DNA of 64,000 nucleotides from a virus. A model generated the notes under the pieces. It searched no databases and had not been told where the DNA came from. It worked only from the letters and a program-made list of their open reading frames with translations. Both the position numbers and the translations under genes were made by a program. The stretch is from IMG/VR virus record IMGVR_UViG_3300048927_000308, positions 1-64,000 of that record; one strand, given 5' to 3'. Below are positions 29,431-39,324 of the stretch, one piece after another. Positions within the stretch are counted from its first letter, which is position 1. Each line of letters begins with the position of its first letter.

Positions 29431-30141
29431 TTAAGCCCCTCCCTTATGGGGCTTTTTATTATCGGCTTCATCTTCTTGGTTAGGGCTAACAGTACCTGCT
29501 TCAATTTGATCTTGAGTAATTTTTTTACCGGGCACAGCTATATCAACCATTTTATAAAGACCGCCTCTTAAGCCTGTAATGGCATCTCCATTAATGAAGC
29601 CCCATAAAGTAAATAGTAGCCCTATAGAGAAAGCCGTAGCGAACAGTTTCGGCACTCCAGAAAACATGAATTTAAGTATTGCGAGGCTATAAAAGGTGAA
29701 GTTCTCCACTATACCCACAGGCTTTTTAACCTGCTTGCTATACTTGTCAGCCCCAGCCATAAGGGCTTTCAGCGCTGTTCGCTCAGCATCCGCTACCTTT
29801 TTTTCAAGTTTCGCAATATCTTTCTTTTTCTCGTCTTCAAATGTTGCCAACGCAGCATCGAAACGAAGTTGTAGACTGCTGTTAGCCGCAGTTACATAAC
29901 CATCAACTATGGCTTTTGCTTTGTCTCTAAATACATCAAGTTGCTTTTGAGAACTGAGGCAGTGGTCGTGATATTTCACTAATTCTGCATTAATCTGCTC
30001 ATCGGTTTTTTTCTCTTTACGCAGATTGCGAGCTTTTTCGTCCTTAAAACCTTTATAAATGGCATAGGAAATAAGCTGCTCGATATTGTTTGGGTTTTTA
30101 ACGAGTTCAGTAAAAACCCATTTGTTTTTTTGCTGGCCCAT
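29431..30141 (-). CDS. AT-rich accessory membrane protein (coiled coil plus C-terminal TM region)
   Basis: 236 aa, lower GC than the flanks, hydrophobic segment LFATAFSIGLLFTLWGFI. Confidence 0.75.
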   Translation of the reverse strand: MGQQKNKWVFTELVKNPNNIEQLISYAIYKGFKDEKARNLRKEKKTDEQINAELVKYHDHCLSSQKQLDVFRDKAKAIVDGYVTAANSSLQLRFDAALATFEDEKKKDIAKLEKKVADAERTALKALMAGADKYSKQVKKPVGIVENFTFYSLAILKFMFSGVPKLFATAFSIGLLFTLWGFINGDAITGLRGGLYKMVDIAVPGKKITQDQIEAGTVSPNQEDEADNKKPHKGGA

Positions 30142-30193
30142 ATCTCACCAAAAAAAAAGCCCCTAAGAGGGGGCATTTAAAATTTAAAGTAAA

Positions 30194-30529
30194 TTAAGAC
30201 TTGATTGTTTTACGAACCGCGTTAAAGGATTCTTGAAAGAATCCACGGCTTTGGCTCTGTGTCAAAGCGCTATCTTTAAGGATTTTGCGAGCCTTATCTG
30301 TTAGGGTAACGGTGCCGCCTGATACACAAGCGCGTGCTTCAGGCGTTCTATGTGATGCGCGCGTTTGACCCTCGCGACTTTTCGCGAAACCGGCTGCTTT
30401 GGCACTGCCAATAACAGCACCTACGTTGTTTGTAACGATTTTTTGTGCAGCGACACTTGCCACAGCGTCAGCTGAAATTTTTCGAATTTCTTCCGGGCTG
30501 AGGGCTGGCATACGACGTGGATTGGTCAT
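30194..30529 (-). CDS. Accessory hypothetical protein
   Basis: AGGAG RBS before the ATG at 30529. Confidence 0.65.
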   Translation of the reverse strand: MTNPRRMPALSPEEIRKISADAVASVAAQKIVTNNVGAVIGSAKAAGFAKSREGQTRASHRTPEARACVSGGTVTLTDKARKILKDSALTQSQSRGFFQESFNAVRKTIKS

Positions 30530-30634
30530 TTTTCGCTCCTCTCTACTTTTTCTTAGTCTAACATTTGCAAAAATATTTGCATATTTTTTAGCGCACATCA
30601 CTAAGATTGTGAGAGTCAATTTAGGTTCCCTGTT

Positions 30635-31243
30635 TTAGCCCTTCGCCACTGTAACCTGTGCGGCCTTTATCGCAAGTGTACCGCCAGACTCAATTCCCAT
30701 ATTGCCGCCAGCCTTGATATTCATATCACCGACAGCCGAAATAAACGCGTCACCCTGTGACATAGCGAATAGCTCCCCCGCCTCGTTAAACCCGATCGTT
30801 GTGCCGCTGCCCATATGTGTGACCGACCAGCTGCCGCCCGCATTGCGGATCTCCATGAGGCCATTGCGCGAATAAACATAGTCTTTGGTAGCGCTGGTGG
30901 ACGGCATAGCTGGTGCTCCATCTACATCAGGCGGTGTGTATCCGGTGCCCTGTCCGGAGGCCTCCGGAGGGACATTAGGCGCACCGCCGGAAGCATCCTG
31001 CGCGTAGCCAATAATGAGTGGCCAGCGTGAGTCGCCGTTATACGGAAACTCTACCCACACCTTATCGCCCGCCAAGAATGGGGAAAAGGTGTTCGCGTTC
31101 TGAAGGATGGTTTCTGCCCAAGGCAGAGCATTATCTGGTAGGCCAGCCATGAGCCCATCAACGCGGATCTGCGTGCGCATTAGCCCTTTCGGATCGTCAA
31201 CACTGACAACAACCGCGCGATACTTCCCTGTAAAATTACCCAT
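30635..31243 (-). CDS. Baseplate spike gp5 (gpV-like)
   Basis: [11 protein letters not shown]...R OB-fold, WAE, VWVEF..GD and a beta-helix C-terminus. Confidence 0.9.
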   Translation of the reverse strand: MGNFTGKYRAVVVSVDDPKGLMRTQIRVDGLMAGLPDNALPWAETILQNANTFSPFLAGDKVWVEFPYNGDSRWPLIIGYAQDASGGAPNVPPEASGQGTGYTPPDVDGAPAMPSTSATKDYVYSRNGLMEIRNAGGSWSVTHMGSGTTIGFNEAGELFAMSQGDAFISAVGDMNIKAGGNMGIESGGTLAIKAAQVTVAKG

Positions 31244-32252
31244 TAACCACTCCTAACTGTGCCCGCGTGACGTAGCGGAATCGCTCTTCATAATGCGTTG
31301 CCGACGTGACAATCATTTTTGCCGGGACTGATTCGTCCGCCCCGCCATCGCCACCGACGTTATTCACAAGCACCTTAATCACATTGCCGGGCGTCAAGGC
31401 GCTGTTGCCTTCCACCAGCATATCGAACCGGGGCAGTATGAATTTGTTGTAATTTGCCAGCGCCATCGGATCAGGATTGCTGGTAAATTTAACCGGTGCG
31501 TCTTTGCTTCCCGAGTACACCACCCCTTTTGTCATATCGTAACTGGCCATCCGGTAGTTGTGCCGGCGCTGATATTCGTACTCGGCATTCAGGATGTTAA
31601 ATTGGCTGATCGTGAGGCCTTTGGTGTTCGGATTGCCTGATTCGTAAGTCAACGTGGCATCGGCGTTAGTAAGCTTATCCATGCTCCGGAAATTAATGGC
31701 TCCGCGCGATACCCAGCACATGGAGCCGGTATCGCGGCCCATCTCCTGAAGTACCTGTGTGGGCTTCTCACCAACGTTCAGATGATAGGTGGATGTTTTC
31801 CTGAATGAGTCAGCGTTCACCTTCAGGGAAGGGGCTAATGCGCCCACGATGACGCCTGGCTGCTTATCGACAAAGTATTGCGGGCTGGTGGCCGGGATTT
31901 TCAGCAGACGAACGGCGTCACTGAAGGCGTAAATCATCACAGTGTCAGCTTGGCGCGGCGCTTTCAGTACGAAAAACTCTTCTGAGAAGAGTAGGCCACC
32001 GATACCCTCCGGATCGCCCATGGAAACCGTCAGCACTGTGCCAAACTTCACGCCGAGTTTGTTAACAACATACGCCGTGCTGTCTCGCACGGTCAGCATC
32101 AGTTGCGGCGCTGTCAGCTGTCCTTGCTCCACATAAACGCATCCTACAATCATTTCACGAGGTATCTCGTTTTCGCCGATTTTTACACTCTGCAAAAAAA
32201 GTTGCGTTCTTTTTGATCCAGATGCTGGAGAGGACGTAATTTTCGTAACCAT
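31236..32252 (-). CDS. Baseplate hub gp6
   Basis: [11 protein letters not shown] resembles P1 gp6; synteny agrees. Confidence 0.8.
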   Translation of the reverse strand: MVTKITSSPASGSKRTQLFLQSVKIGENEIPREMIVGCVYVEQGQLTAPQLMLTVRDSTAYVVNKLGVKFGTVLTVSMGDPEGIGGLLFSEEFFVLKAPRQADTVMIYAFSDAVRLLKIPATSPQYFVDKQPGVIVGALAPSLKVNADSFRKTSTYHLNVGEKPTQVLQEMGRDTGSMCWVSRGAINFRSMDKLTNADATLTYESGNPNTKGLTISQFNILNAEYEYQRRHNYRMASYDMTKGVVYSGSKDAPVKFTSNPDPMALANYNKFILPRFDMLVEGNSALTPGNVIKVLVNNVGGDGGADESVPAKMIVTSATHYEERFRYVTRAQLGVVNG

Positions 32253-32274
32253 TCATAACATCCTGTATTGATTT

Positions 32275-32696
32275 GGAAGCTCCAATCCTTAGAATTTTTC
32301 TACCCCAAAAGTATTAGGGGTGCTGGCGTGAGAACCAGCCTCAAGAGGCCCGGCTAACAGCTGGGCCATCAGCTGTCTGTTCAATGGCGAACCGGACGAG
32401 GCCAGCTTTGTCTGGGCCGAACTTGATCGGATTCTCACCCTTGTCCGGTTCGCCACCAGTCGCTGCTCTTTTATGGGAGAAAAAATGCAATTTCCTACCA
32501 TCAGTCCGGAGGAGTTTTACGCAGCCTGCCGGGAGCTACATTTACCCCACACAGCAATCGCAGTTTCCGCTTTATCACGCCATTTCTTGATAACACACCC
32601 TGAAAGTTCAAACTTTTGCCCTCGTTTGTTCCTTCGCTCACTAAAACGTCAATCACTGGCTTATATCCGTATCGCTCGCGCTAGGCGGGAGCCTCC
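32275..32696 (-). ncRNA. Candidate large structured non-coding element between genes 24 and 6
   Basis: Nested complementary arms seen by eye: 32688-96/32275-83, 32575-82/32324-31, a perfect 13-bp 32443-55/32385-97, and several local hairpins. Confidence 0.5.
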
Positions 32697-33484
32697 CCCT
32701 GCTGCACTCGGGCTTTGACTGATATTCTGGCGTCTGTCTGGTTGACGTAGGAAAGCAACGGAAGGTCGGCAATAACATTAAGATCCAGGCCAACGGCAAA
32801 TAACCGATTCTCTTCGGTCCCGGGAGTAAGATCCTCAAAAGCGATAGATTTTTGCCCGTTTATAACGCACTCCACGGACATGTCAGCACCTGCTAATTCG
32901 CTGGTGGCGGTAAATGAGGCCTGGCCTCGACTGGCATAAAAACGCAGCCAGAAGGCTAGGGCCGTAGCTACCATATTCAGCGATTCTTTTTCATCACTGG
33001 CTATCCATAGCGTGTAATCAAGTGATACCGGCATTGTCGCCACCAGCGCAGTAGTAGTGCCATTCTCATCAGATATTTGGCCATCGTCGAAGACATCGCG
33101 GCTCAGTTCGCCTTCATAAACTGAGAATGCTGGAGAGCGTGAAAGGTTGATTAGCGGCATAGCCAGCTTATTAACTTTTCCCGGAGGACAAGCACTATCT
33201 TTTCGTCCGGAACGGGAGGATTCAAAGGCCGCGAGCCAGGCGTCAACGCTACTGAATGTACCGAGTGTTATACGATCGCGAGGCGAGCGTTTCAGGAACT
33301 CACGGAATGACTTATTGGCGCGATCGGGAACCGATACAACCAGCGGCGCAAAGGCCTCATTCAACGCATCGGCAAACGCAGTGTCGATGCAGTCAAGCGT
33401 CAGAAATTCCTGTTTGCCTGTGGGTGTGAGCATCTTCTTTCGAAAGACGGCCAGCAGCCATTCCATTTCAACAAGAGTTGCCAT
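32681..33484 (-). CDS. Tail terminator/completion protein gp24-like
   Basis: P1 synteny (26-25-7-24-6-5); motif P.INLSRS. Confidence 0.7.
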   Translation of the reverse strand: MATLVEMEWLLAVFRKKMLTPTGKQEFLTLDCIDTAFADALNEAFAPLVVSVPDRANKSFREFLKRSPRDRITLGTFSSVDAWLAAFESSRSGRKDSACPPGKVNKLAMPLINLSRSPAFSVYEGELSRDVFDDGQISDENGTTTALVATMPVSLDYTLWIASDEKESLNMVATALAFWLRFYASRGQASFTATSELAGADMSVECVINGQKSIAFEDLTPGTEENRLFAVGLDLNVIADLPLLSYVNQTDARISVKARVQQGEAPA

Positions 33485-34217
33485 CAAAATTTCCTTCAAA
33501 AGCTCGTGAGGGCACGCAGTAGAATAGGCTGCCTACCTTCGAGGTGCCGTAGTTAAAGATGCGGTGTATGTACCAGAAGCGGCGCACAGTGGAGCCATCA
33601 GAAAGCTCTTCCAACCATTCCAGCATTGAGCCAACCGGGACGTTAACGGCTGCTAGACGCAGTATCAGCGCAGTATCGCTAATACCGGTATTGTCGCTGT
33701 CATCGTAGAGCGAGCGGAAAGATTCCATTTCGTCAGGACAATCCAGCGCAGTAATGAGCTCCGGCTCCCGGTAGTCATAGATCTGTTGGTTAGGCTCGAT
33801 CACTTCGGATGCCGTATCTGTTGTGCCGGCGCGCTGGTGGGGGACCGCCCGGTAAAGCACCGCGTCGAATGAATCAGGGTCTAATTTGATGGCTTTGAGC
33901 CAGTCCATCCGCACCAGGTTATTAAATACTGCATGACCTTCATAACGGTGGCGCACACCAGAATCACTAAGCAGGCCGTGATCCAGATTGGGAATGTCAG
34001 GGTCCGCCAAACGATCAACAAAATTCCCAACGTCATCACCATCGCTTTCGATTTCAGCATCGTTTTCTTCCTCTTCCGTAAAATCGTCTGCATCGAGATC
34101 CACCAGCTCCGGTGAATCTTCCTGCCCATCATCCGTATTGGTGGCCGGGAGGGTATCACCGGTCATTTGTGGCGACTTCTCGCCCCCCTCAAACATATCG
34201 TCGAAAAAACCAGCCAT
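33468..34217 (-). CDS. Tail/neck protein gp7-like
   Basis: Acidic N-terminus [10 protein letters not shown]; synteny. Confidence 0.7.
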   Translation of the reverse strand: MAGFFDDMFEGGEKSPQMTGDTLPATNTDDGQEDSPELVDLDADDFTEEEENDAEIESDGDDVGNFVDRLADPDIPNLDHGLLSDSGVRHRYEGHAVFNNLVRMDWLKAIKLDPDSFDAVLYRAVPHQRAGTTDTASEVIEPNQQIYDYREPELITALDCPDEMESFRSLYDDSDNTGISDTALILRLAAVNVPVGSMLEWLEELSDGSTVRRFWYIHRIFNYGTSKVGSLFYCVPSRAFEGNFDGNSC

Positions 34218-34220
34218 TGG

Positions 34221-35438
34221 TTATCCTTTCCGCTTCCGTGCTTCGTTTATCTGCGTTTGCAGAATGGTTTTGGCCTGGGCGGTGGCGGCAGCCTTATCCA
34301 TGCCCTGGCTCATAAAGAACTTGATCAAGTTATCGGCCTGTGCCTGGAGAGCCTTTTTCAGTGCGGTAGCTTCAGCGCGGGCCTGCTCTTCTCGGACTTT
34401 CGCTGCGCGCAGTTCTGCCGCCTTTTTATTGGTGGTGGTGCGGGCCTTTTTCAGTAGACGCCGGACATTATCGGTCTTCGTATCTTTTGACTTGAGTTTT
34501 TTACCCAGAGTTTCCTGCGCTTGCTGATAGCGCTCAAATTCGCGCTTCGCTTTTGTCTGGTCAGTAGTGGTTGTGCGGTTACGCGCCAGCGCCTTAGCGA
34601 GCTCACCTTTAAAGAAGGTCGTCGTTTTACGTTTGTCGTCGCCGAAGGCTACCTGTTTCGCCGCCTTATCCAGGGCGTTGATTATCGCCCGGTGCCAGGT
34701 AGATGACTGGAAACGGGTCATTGTGTGTAGGACGTGTTTACAGGCCACACCGTTTAAGTCCGGGTTGCGGATTTTCGGGAAGGCATATTCTTTCGGCGGA
34801 GCGACGGCATAGTTACCCGCAGTGGCCATATAGCGGTACCAGTATTGGTGGCGGCCACAATCACAGTCGAACGATACGCGGCCTTTGCAAAGGTCAGCGG
34901 CGATACGTGCCTTTTTGGCATCGTCCTCGCTGATGTCCTCCACTGCCTGATCCCATTCCTCAAAACGGATGCGTACGCGGTGGTGCTGGTGGTCCGACTC
35001 CTCTGATGCCTTGACAGATACTACCGCCAGGTTGTGCTTGATGCCGAGGAAGGTTGCTGCTTTGATGCCCGTACCGTCGGATACGCGGTTATTGGCGCGC
35101 TTGATGTCGATGCTGGTGGATTGGGCCACCAGCTGCGCGTACGTGATGCCCGGTACCGTATTGCGGAAACCCTTCTTATGGGCCTGCCGGGCGGCATCAA
35201 AACGGCGAATGTCATCTGGGGTGAAGTAGGTGCCGTCTTTCTTCTTCCCGAGGCTCAGGAAAGCGTCTAGCTCGCGATTTCGCTTACCCATCGTACGCGG
35301 GGTGAGCGTGCGGCGCGCTTTACGGCGATTTTTGCGCTGTTGCTTCTGGATCAGCTCAAAGACACGGTGAAAGTCTTTAGCATCGAGCCCATCAGTCTGA
35401 TAACGTCCCTGGTCATTGCGGGTAAAGTCGGCGGGCAT
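34221..35438 (-). CDS. gp25-like protein with SWIM-type zinc finger
   Basis: CDC...CKH motif; synteny. Confidence 0.75.
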   Translation of the reverse strand: MPADFTRNDQGRYQTDGLDAKDFHRVFELIQKQQRKNRRKARRTLTPRTMGKRNRELDAFLSLGKKKDGTYFTPDDIRRFDAARQAHKKGFRNTVPGITYAQLVAQSTSIDIKRANNRVSDGTGIKAATFLGIKHNLAVVSVKASEESDHQHHRVRIRFEEWDQAVEDISEDDAKKARIAADLCKGRVSFDCDCGRHQYWYRYMATAGNYAVAPPKEYAFPKIRNPDLNGVACKHVLHTMTRFQSSTWHRAIINALDKAAKQVAFGDDKRKTTTFFKGELAKALARNRTTTTDQTKAKREFERYQQAQETLGKKLKSKDTKTDNVRRLLKKARTTTNKKAAELRAAKVREEQARAEATALKKALQAQADNLIKFFMSQGMDKAAATAQAKTILQTQINEARKRKG

Positions 35439-35449
35439 TGCGCTGCTCC

Positions 35450-35827
35450 TTACGCGATCGACAACGTGCCAATCAGCTGGCCGTCATACTGGAAGTGGCG
35501 AATCATTTCGCGAATCCACGCCGCCGGCGGCAACTTCAGTTTTTTTCCTACGGTCATCCCCTGAGACTCATCTTCCAACCCAGCTGCCAGCGTCACTACC
35601 CAACGTAGCTCCGGCACCCCCCAAATCCGAAAAGAAAGCAGGTCTGGGCGGTAGCGTTCATCCGGCAACACATAGTAAACAGTCAGGTTCTGATCATTAG
35701 ATTCGCACATGGCCATAACCTCTTTGCGGAGCTCGGCGCGCAAAACAGGGTCGGCAACATTACGATCGTCATACCGCGAAAGGGGATATTGTTCGATGCT
35801 GTTGGTGCTGGTGGTTGACGTGGCCAT
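35450..35827 (-). CDS. Baseplate protein gp26 (T4 gp53/LysM-like)
   Basis: YRPDLLSFRIWG..ELRWVV motif. Confidence 0.8.
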   Translation of the reverse strand: MATSTTSTNSIEQYPLSRYDDRNVADPVLRAELRKEVMAMCESNDQNLTVYYVLPDERYRPDLLSFRIWGVPELRWVVTLAAGLEDESQGMTVGKKLKLPPAAWIREMIRHFQYDGQLIGTLSIA

Positions 35828-35883
35828 AATCACTTCCTGTGTAAATATGGCCAGATATTAAGGCATGTCATTTGTTGGGAGGG

Positions 35884-36525
35884 TCAGAGGATATTGCCTT
35901 TGCCGGTCAGTTTTCCGTGTGGCACTTGCTTTTCGGTTAAGCGCTGCACGCCGCGCACGATATTCAGCAGGGGTTCAATCAGAGACTTTTCTTGCTGACG
36001 GTACAGCTCGCCGGTCATAGTCTTGATGAAGTCGGCGCTGGCGATGTTGTTGTACTCAGTGGCGTAGCAGCAAAGCAATGTGAGGACGTGTTCGGTCGTG
36101 AGTTCCTGCCAGTTAATGTTATAGAACTCTTCACCCTTCTTATCGCGGTCGGTATCGAAGATGCTCTGGTGCAGGATGTATTTACCCGACTCAGCGCGCG
36201 GCCGCTTGATCGCCTTCTGGCGGTCCAGTTCGCTGTAAATGCGCATGGCTTCCACCAGTACCGGGCGACCGGTCGTGTGCTCATCACGTAGTCGTATGCG
36301 CTGACCAACGCGGCCAGTGATAAAGCTGTTCTCCTCATCCACCAGCACGATAAAGCCTTTTTCCTCTTTCTCACGCAAGTCGCGCAGCAGCTCCAGCTCC
36401 ATTGCGCGCCGGCGCTCTGGATAGTTCTTGCGTTCGGCCATGATGAGCTCATCACTAACCCAGGCTGCGGTAATCATGGCAGGTTTGCCTACTGTTAGAC
36501 ACACGGCACAGATCTTCTTGTCCAT
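35884..36525 (-). CDS. P1-like morphogenetic protein (PmgP-like)
   Basis: 213 aa starting MDKKICAV; late box AAGTGACTT at 36672-36680 upstream. Confidence 0.6.
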   Translation of the reverse strand: MDKKICAVCLTVGKPAMITAAWVSDELIMAERKNYPERRRAMELELLRDLREKEEKGFIVLVDEENSFITGRVGQRIRLRDEHTTGRPVLVEAMRIYSELDRQKAIKRPRAESGKYILHQSIFDTDRDKKGEEFYNINWQELTTEHVLTLLCCYATEYNNIASADFIKTMTGELYRQQEKSLIEPLLNIVRGVQRLTEKQVPHGKLTGKGNIL

Positions 36526-36842
36526 CGGAACCTCTGAAAAGAAAAAAGCCGCTGGTGGGCGGCTTGTTATACAGGAACTAATATGGTGGCAGCCCGGTGC
36601 GCTGGCTTGTGCCGTCCGTGGAAGTTTGAAAAGAGTCCCATCAGCACCGGGCTATGTGGTGATTGTGCAGAAAGTCACTTGTTGCATGTCAATGCTTTTT
36701 TCCGAGGCGGTCAAAAGCACGCTGTAACGGGATGCACACCCTTGGGACACTATGGATTGTTGTGGAGCCGAAAAATTTCGTCTGGAAGCGCTCGTGAGCT
36801 TTGGTTATTCTTTGTTCGGGTTCAGAGCTATACGGATGAGAT

Positions 36843-37487
36843 ATGGATGCTAAACAGGTTGCATTAGGGATCCTCGATGGTATCTCCTCTATACCAAATA
36901 CAGCTTACATGGGTGTTGTAAGAAGCTGGGAGGGGAGCGGACTTGCCGGGGATAGCGTCAAACAAAGAAACCAGGCTGAGACGGAGCGTTTTTTCTATAT
37001 GCTCAAAAGCCTGGGTAATGCTGAGTCACCTTTACGCAGGCTAATAACTATTGTTTTCACGTCCTTCTATCAGAAACTCAATGATGAAGGCAAAGAGGCC
37101 GTAAACAATAAATTGGGTTACGGAGCCGGAAGCGTTGGCGGGAGAACTGCTGGGCAAATTGCACTGGCTCAGACAACTGCAAGCCTGATGTTGAATCGCC
37201 TGGCGATTGATCAGGCGTATAAACATTTTGTCCGGTTCACTGCTTCAGCCGCGCTAAACGTCGTAATGTTTCAGGGAATCATTGAAGAATCAGCCAGAGC
37301 ATCAAGAAGGATGAGAGCCAAATATCCCTCAACTTACGCTAGGGTGTCCAAAGAGAATCTGGATATGGTCTACTTCCTCGTTGAAGATCAGTTAGAGCCT
37401 TACCTCGTGTTTATTGAAGGACACCCTATTGATTGCAAAGGAATACAGAATGAAATTTGTAAAATCGTTAATGTCCCACGCAATTGA
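36843..37487 (+). CDS. Accessory hypothetical protein with Gly-rich hydrophobic segment
   Basis: 214 aa, transcribed opposite to its neighbours. Confidence 0.75.
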   Translation: MDAKQVALGILDGISSIPNTAYMGVVRSWEGSGLAGDSVKQRNQAETERFFYMLKSLGNAESPLRRLITIVFTSFYQKLNDEGKEAVNNKLGYGAGSVGGRTAGQIALAQTTASLMLNRLAIDQAYKHFVRFTASAALNVVMFQGIIEESARASRRMRAKYPSTYARVSKENLDMVYFLVEDQLEPYLVFIEGHPIDCKGIQNEICKIVNVPRN

Positions 37488-37635
37488 GGGAACCATCACC
37501 TTTCTGGCTGTGATTTTTGCGATGGGGTCGTTCTTCTGGTTTGAAAGCACATGGATGAAGGTTGCTGGGTGTATTGGGGCATTGATAGCTGGCTATGTAC
37601 TTTCATACGGAGCCGCCAAAATTAGAGGTGGTTGA
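37450..37635 (+). CDS. Small two-TM membrane protein
   Basis: 61 aa with two hydrophobic helices; overlaps the upstream gene. Confidence 0.65.
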   Translation: MKFVKSLMSHAIEGTITFLAVIFAMGSFFWFESTWMKVAGCIGALIAGYVLSYGAAKIRGG

Positions 37636-37798
37636 TGCTAAAGCCATGCAGATGAGCTTTACCATAACGGCGACGCTGTAATCCTTGTGCGATATAGACG
37701 ATTAGACATCAAAAAAAGCCACTCGGTCGAGTGGCTTACTTATATATCTTTAACGCTAATTTGGTGGTCCTGTTGAGTTTAAACCAGCATACAGGCGA

Positions 37799-38218
37799 TT
37801 AAAGGAACCACTGTGGCTTCACGCCGAACCGGTCCGAAAGTGCCTTAATGTGTGAGATCGTCAAGGAGCGCTGGCCGGAGAGGATCTGGCTCACTAGGGA
37901 TTTAGATCCAATCTCTTCCTTCAGGTCGGAGTAGGCCAGCTTATGCTGGTCAATCAGCGTGCGCAGCAGCGCGACACCAACCGGCATTTCTTCGACTTCC
38001 TTGTTGAACTCCGCAAAGCGCTCGCTGTTGTCTTCGTAATCGGCGATTTTTGCCGCCAAGAAATCAATCAGCGGGTTTTCATCATCATTTTCAATCAGGT
38101 AGTCCACCAGCGCCAGTGCGTCACGGTAGTCTTTCTCTGAGGCGCTGCCCCCCAGCAGGGGAACAGCGGCAACCAGTTGTTTCGTTGCTTCGATAGCTTT
38201 AGTGGTGTCGGCGATCAT
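37799..38218 (-). CDS. higA: HigA antitoxin (HTH)
   Basis: IGSKSLVSQILSGQRSLTISHIKALS. Confidence 0.9.
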   Translation of the reverse strand: MIADTTKAIEATKQLVAAVPLLGGSASEKDYRDALALVDYLIENDDENPLIDFLAAKIADYEDNSERFAEFNKEVEEMPVGVALLRTLIDQHKLAYSDLKEEIGSKSLVSQILSGQRSLTISHIKALSDRFGVKPQWFL

Positions 38219-38526
38219 TCTTTATTCTCCCGATAGTAGCGAGTCAGCTTATCGTATTCAGCGTGGGTGGCGATGTGCTTCACGTAGAAGCGCTTATTCA
38301 CAAAGTTGATGTAGGCGATCACTCGCAGGTTGTTACCACCAACATCTAAAATCCACCATTTGTTACGGTACTTAAAATTGTCGAGACTTGGCACGGCAGC
38401 GCGAAGTTCATCAGGCGATTTAAAATCTGTTTCGCGGACCAAGCGATACAGCGCCTTTATGGCTGTGGCATCGTTTGGAAAGAGCCTTGCCGCTTGTTCA
38501 AATGGCTCTTTGGAAATGACGTGCAT
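38215..38526 (-). CDS. higB: HigB toxin (RelE-family RNase)
   Basis: MHVISK...DVGGNNLRVI...HIATHAEYD; toxin-first gene order. Confidence 0.9.
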   Translation of the reverse strand: MHVISKEPFEQAARLFPNDATAIKALYRLVRETDFKSPDELRAAVPSLDNFKYRNKWWILDVGGNNLRVIAYINFVNKRFYVKHIATHAEYDKLTRYYRENKE

Positions 38527-38643
38527 TGAGAGATTCCCTTCAAGCGTTCACATTATGTAAACACTATAACGCACATTAACCGCGTAGGCAACAGGGGAAA
38601 CTGGCTGGTGGGGAGAGATTAAGCCCGCCGCAGCGGGCGTGTT

Positions 38644-39324
38644 TTAAAGGTCAAACAGGCAACTGGATTCATCGCGGGATCGCTTGCTGGTGGGGTCTTC
38701 AATGCCGTGTTTAGACAACAGGTTGCGCAGCCGGTAGATCGTCATCGAGTCTTCGCGCCGCAGCTTCTCCAGCTCGTTAATCTTGGTAGCCTGCTGTGTG
38801 TTCAGACGCAAATAGGCGCGCTGCTCCTGAAGGAGTGCATCTGGATCCCCGACGCGATGCAGCATATACGCCAGCAACCCGCGCTCTACGTCCATATCCG
38901 CTTCGTGCTGCCAGGCATAAATCAGATCGCGATTGCCGCCCCAGCTGTTACCCACAAGACAGCAGATATGCCCGGCCATCAGTTTGACGTGCCCACGTTT
39001 GTTCACCCATAGCAGCCCCCAGCGGTCAGGTAGGTCGTTAATATTGATGATCCCTTCAGGACACATGTAATAGCGGTAGTCACCCAGTCCGCCGCTCTGC
39101 CGGTGCGGCTTATGCTTATCCCGCAAGAAGTCAGAACGTGACACTTTCACTTCCACAAGCACACTGCCCCCGCGCCAGCCCCAGCGATAACCCCAAGCGT
39201 CAGCACGCTCTGAATCGCCCACAGCGCCGACTTCGTTCAATGCTATCTTGCACCCAGGCCCCCGCGCAGACTCGGCGCGCAGGAGCCAGCGGCGGGCTAT
39301 GTCGTTAAGCTCGGCGTGTGTCAT
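38644..39324 (-). CDS. PD-(D/E)XK nuclease-like protein (MmcB-like)
   Basis: ERADAWG...EVKVSRSDFLRD. Confidence 0.7.
   Translation of the reverse strand: MTHAELNDIARRWLLRAESARGPGCKIALNEVGAVGDSERADAWGYRWGWRGGSVLVEVKVSRSDFLRDKHKPHRQSGGLGDYRYYMCPEGIININDLPDRWGLLWVNKRGHVKLMAGHICCLVGNSWGGNRDLIYAWQHEADMDVERGLLAYMLHRVGDPDALLQEQRAYLRLNTQQATKINELEKLRREDSMTIYRLRNLLSKHGIEDPTSKRSRDESSCLFDL

Noticed and set aside
32275-32696. Group II intron, tmRNA or IS element
   Set aside because: No GUGYG start or domain V, no tmRNA termini, no transposase and no clear target duplication seen. A group I intron could not be supported by eye.
32473-32718. + strand 81-aa ORF with GGGAG before an ATG
   Set aside because: It is antisense to the late operon and has no recognisable motif, and the SD-like sequence is part of a stem. 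Not excluded, but not supported.
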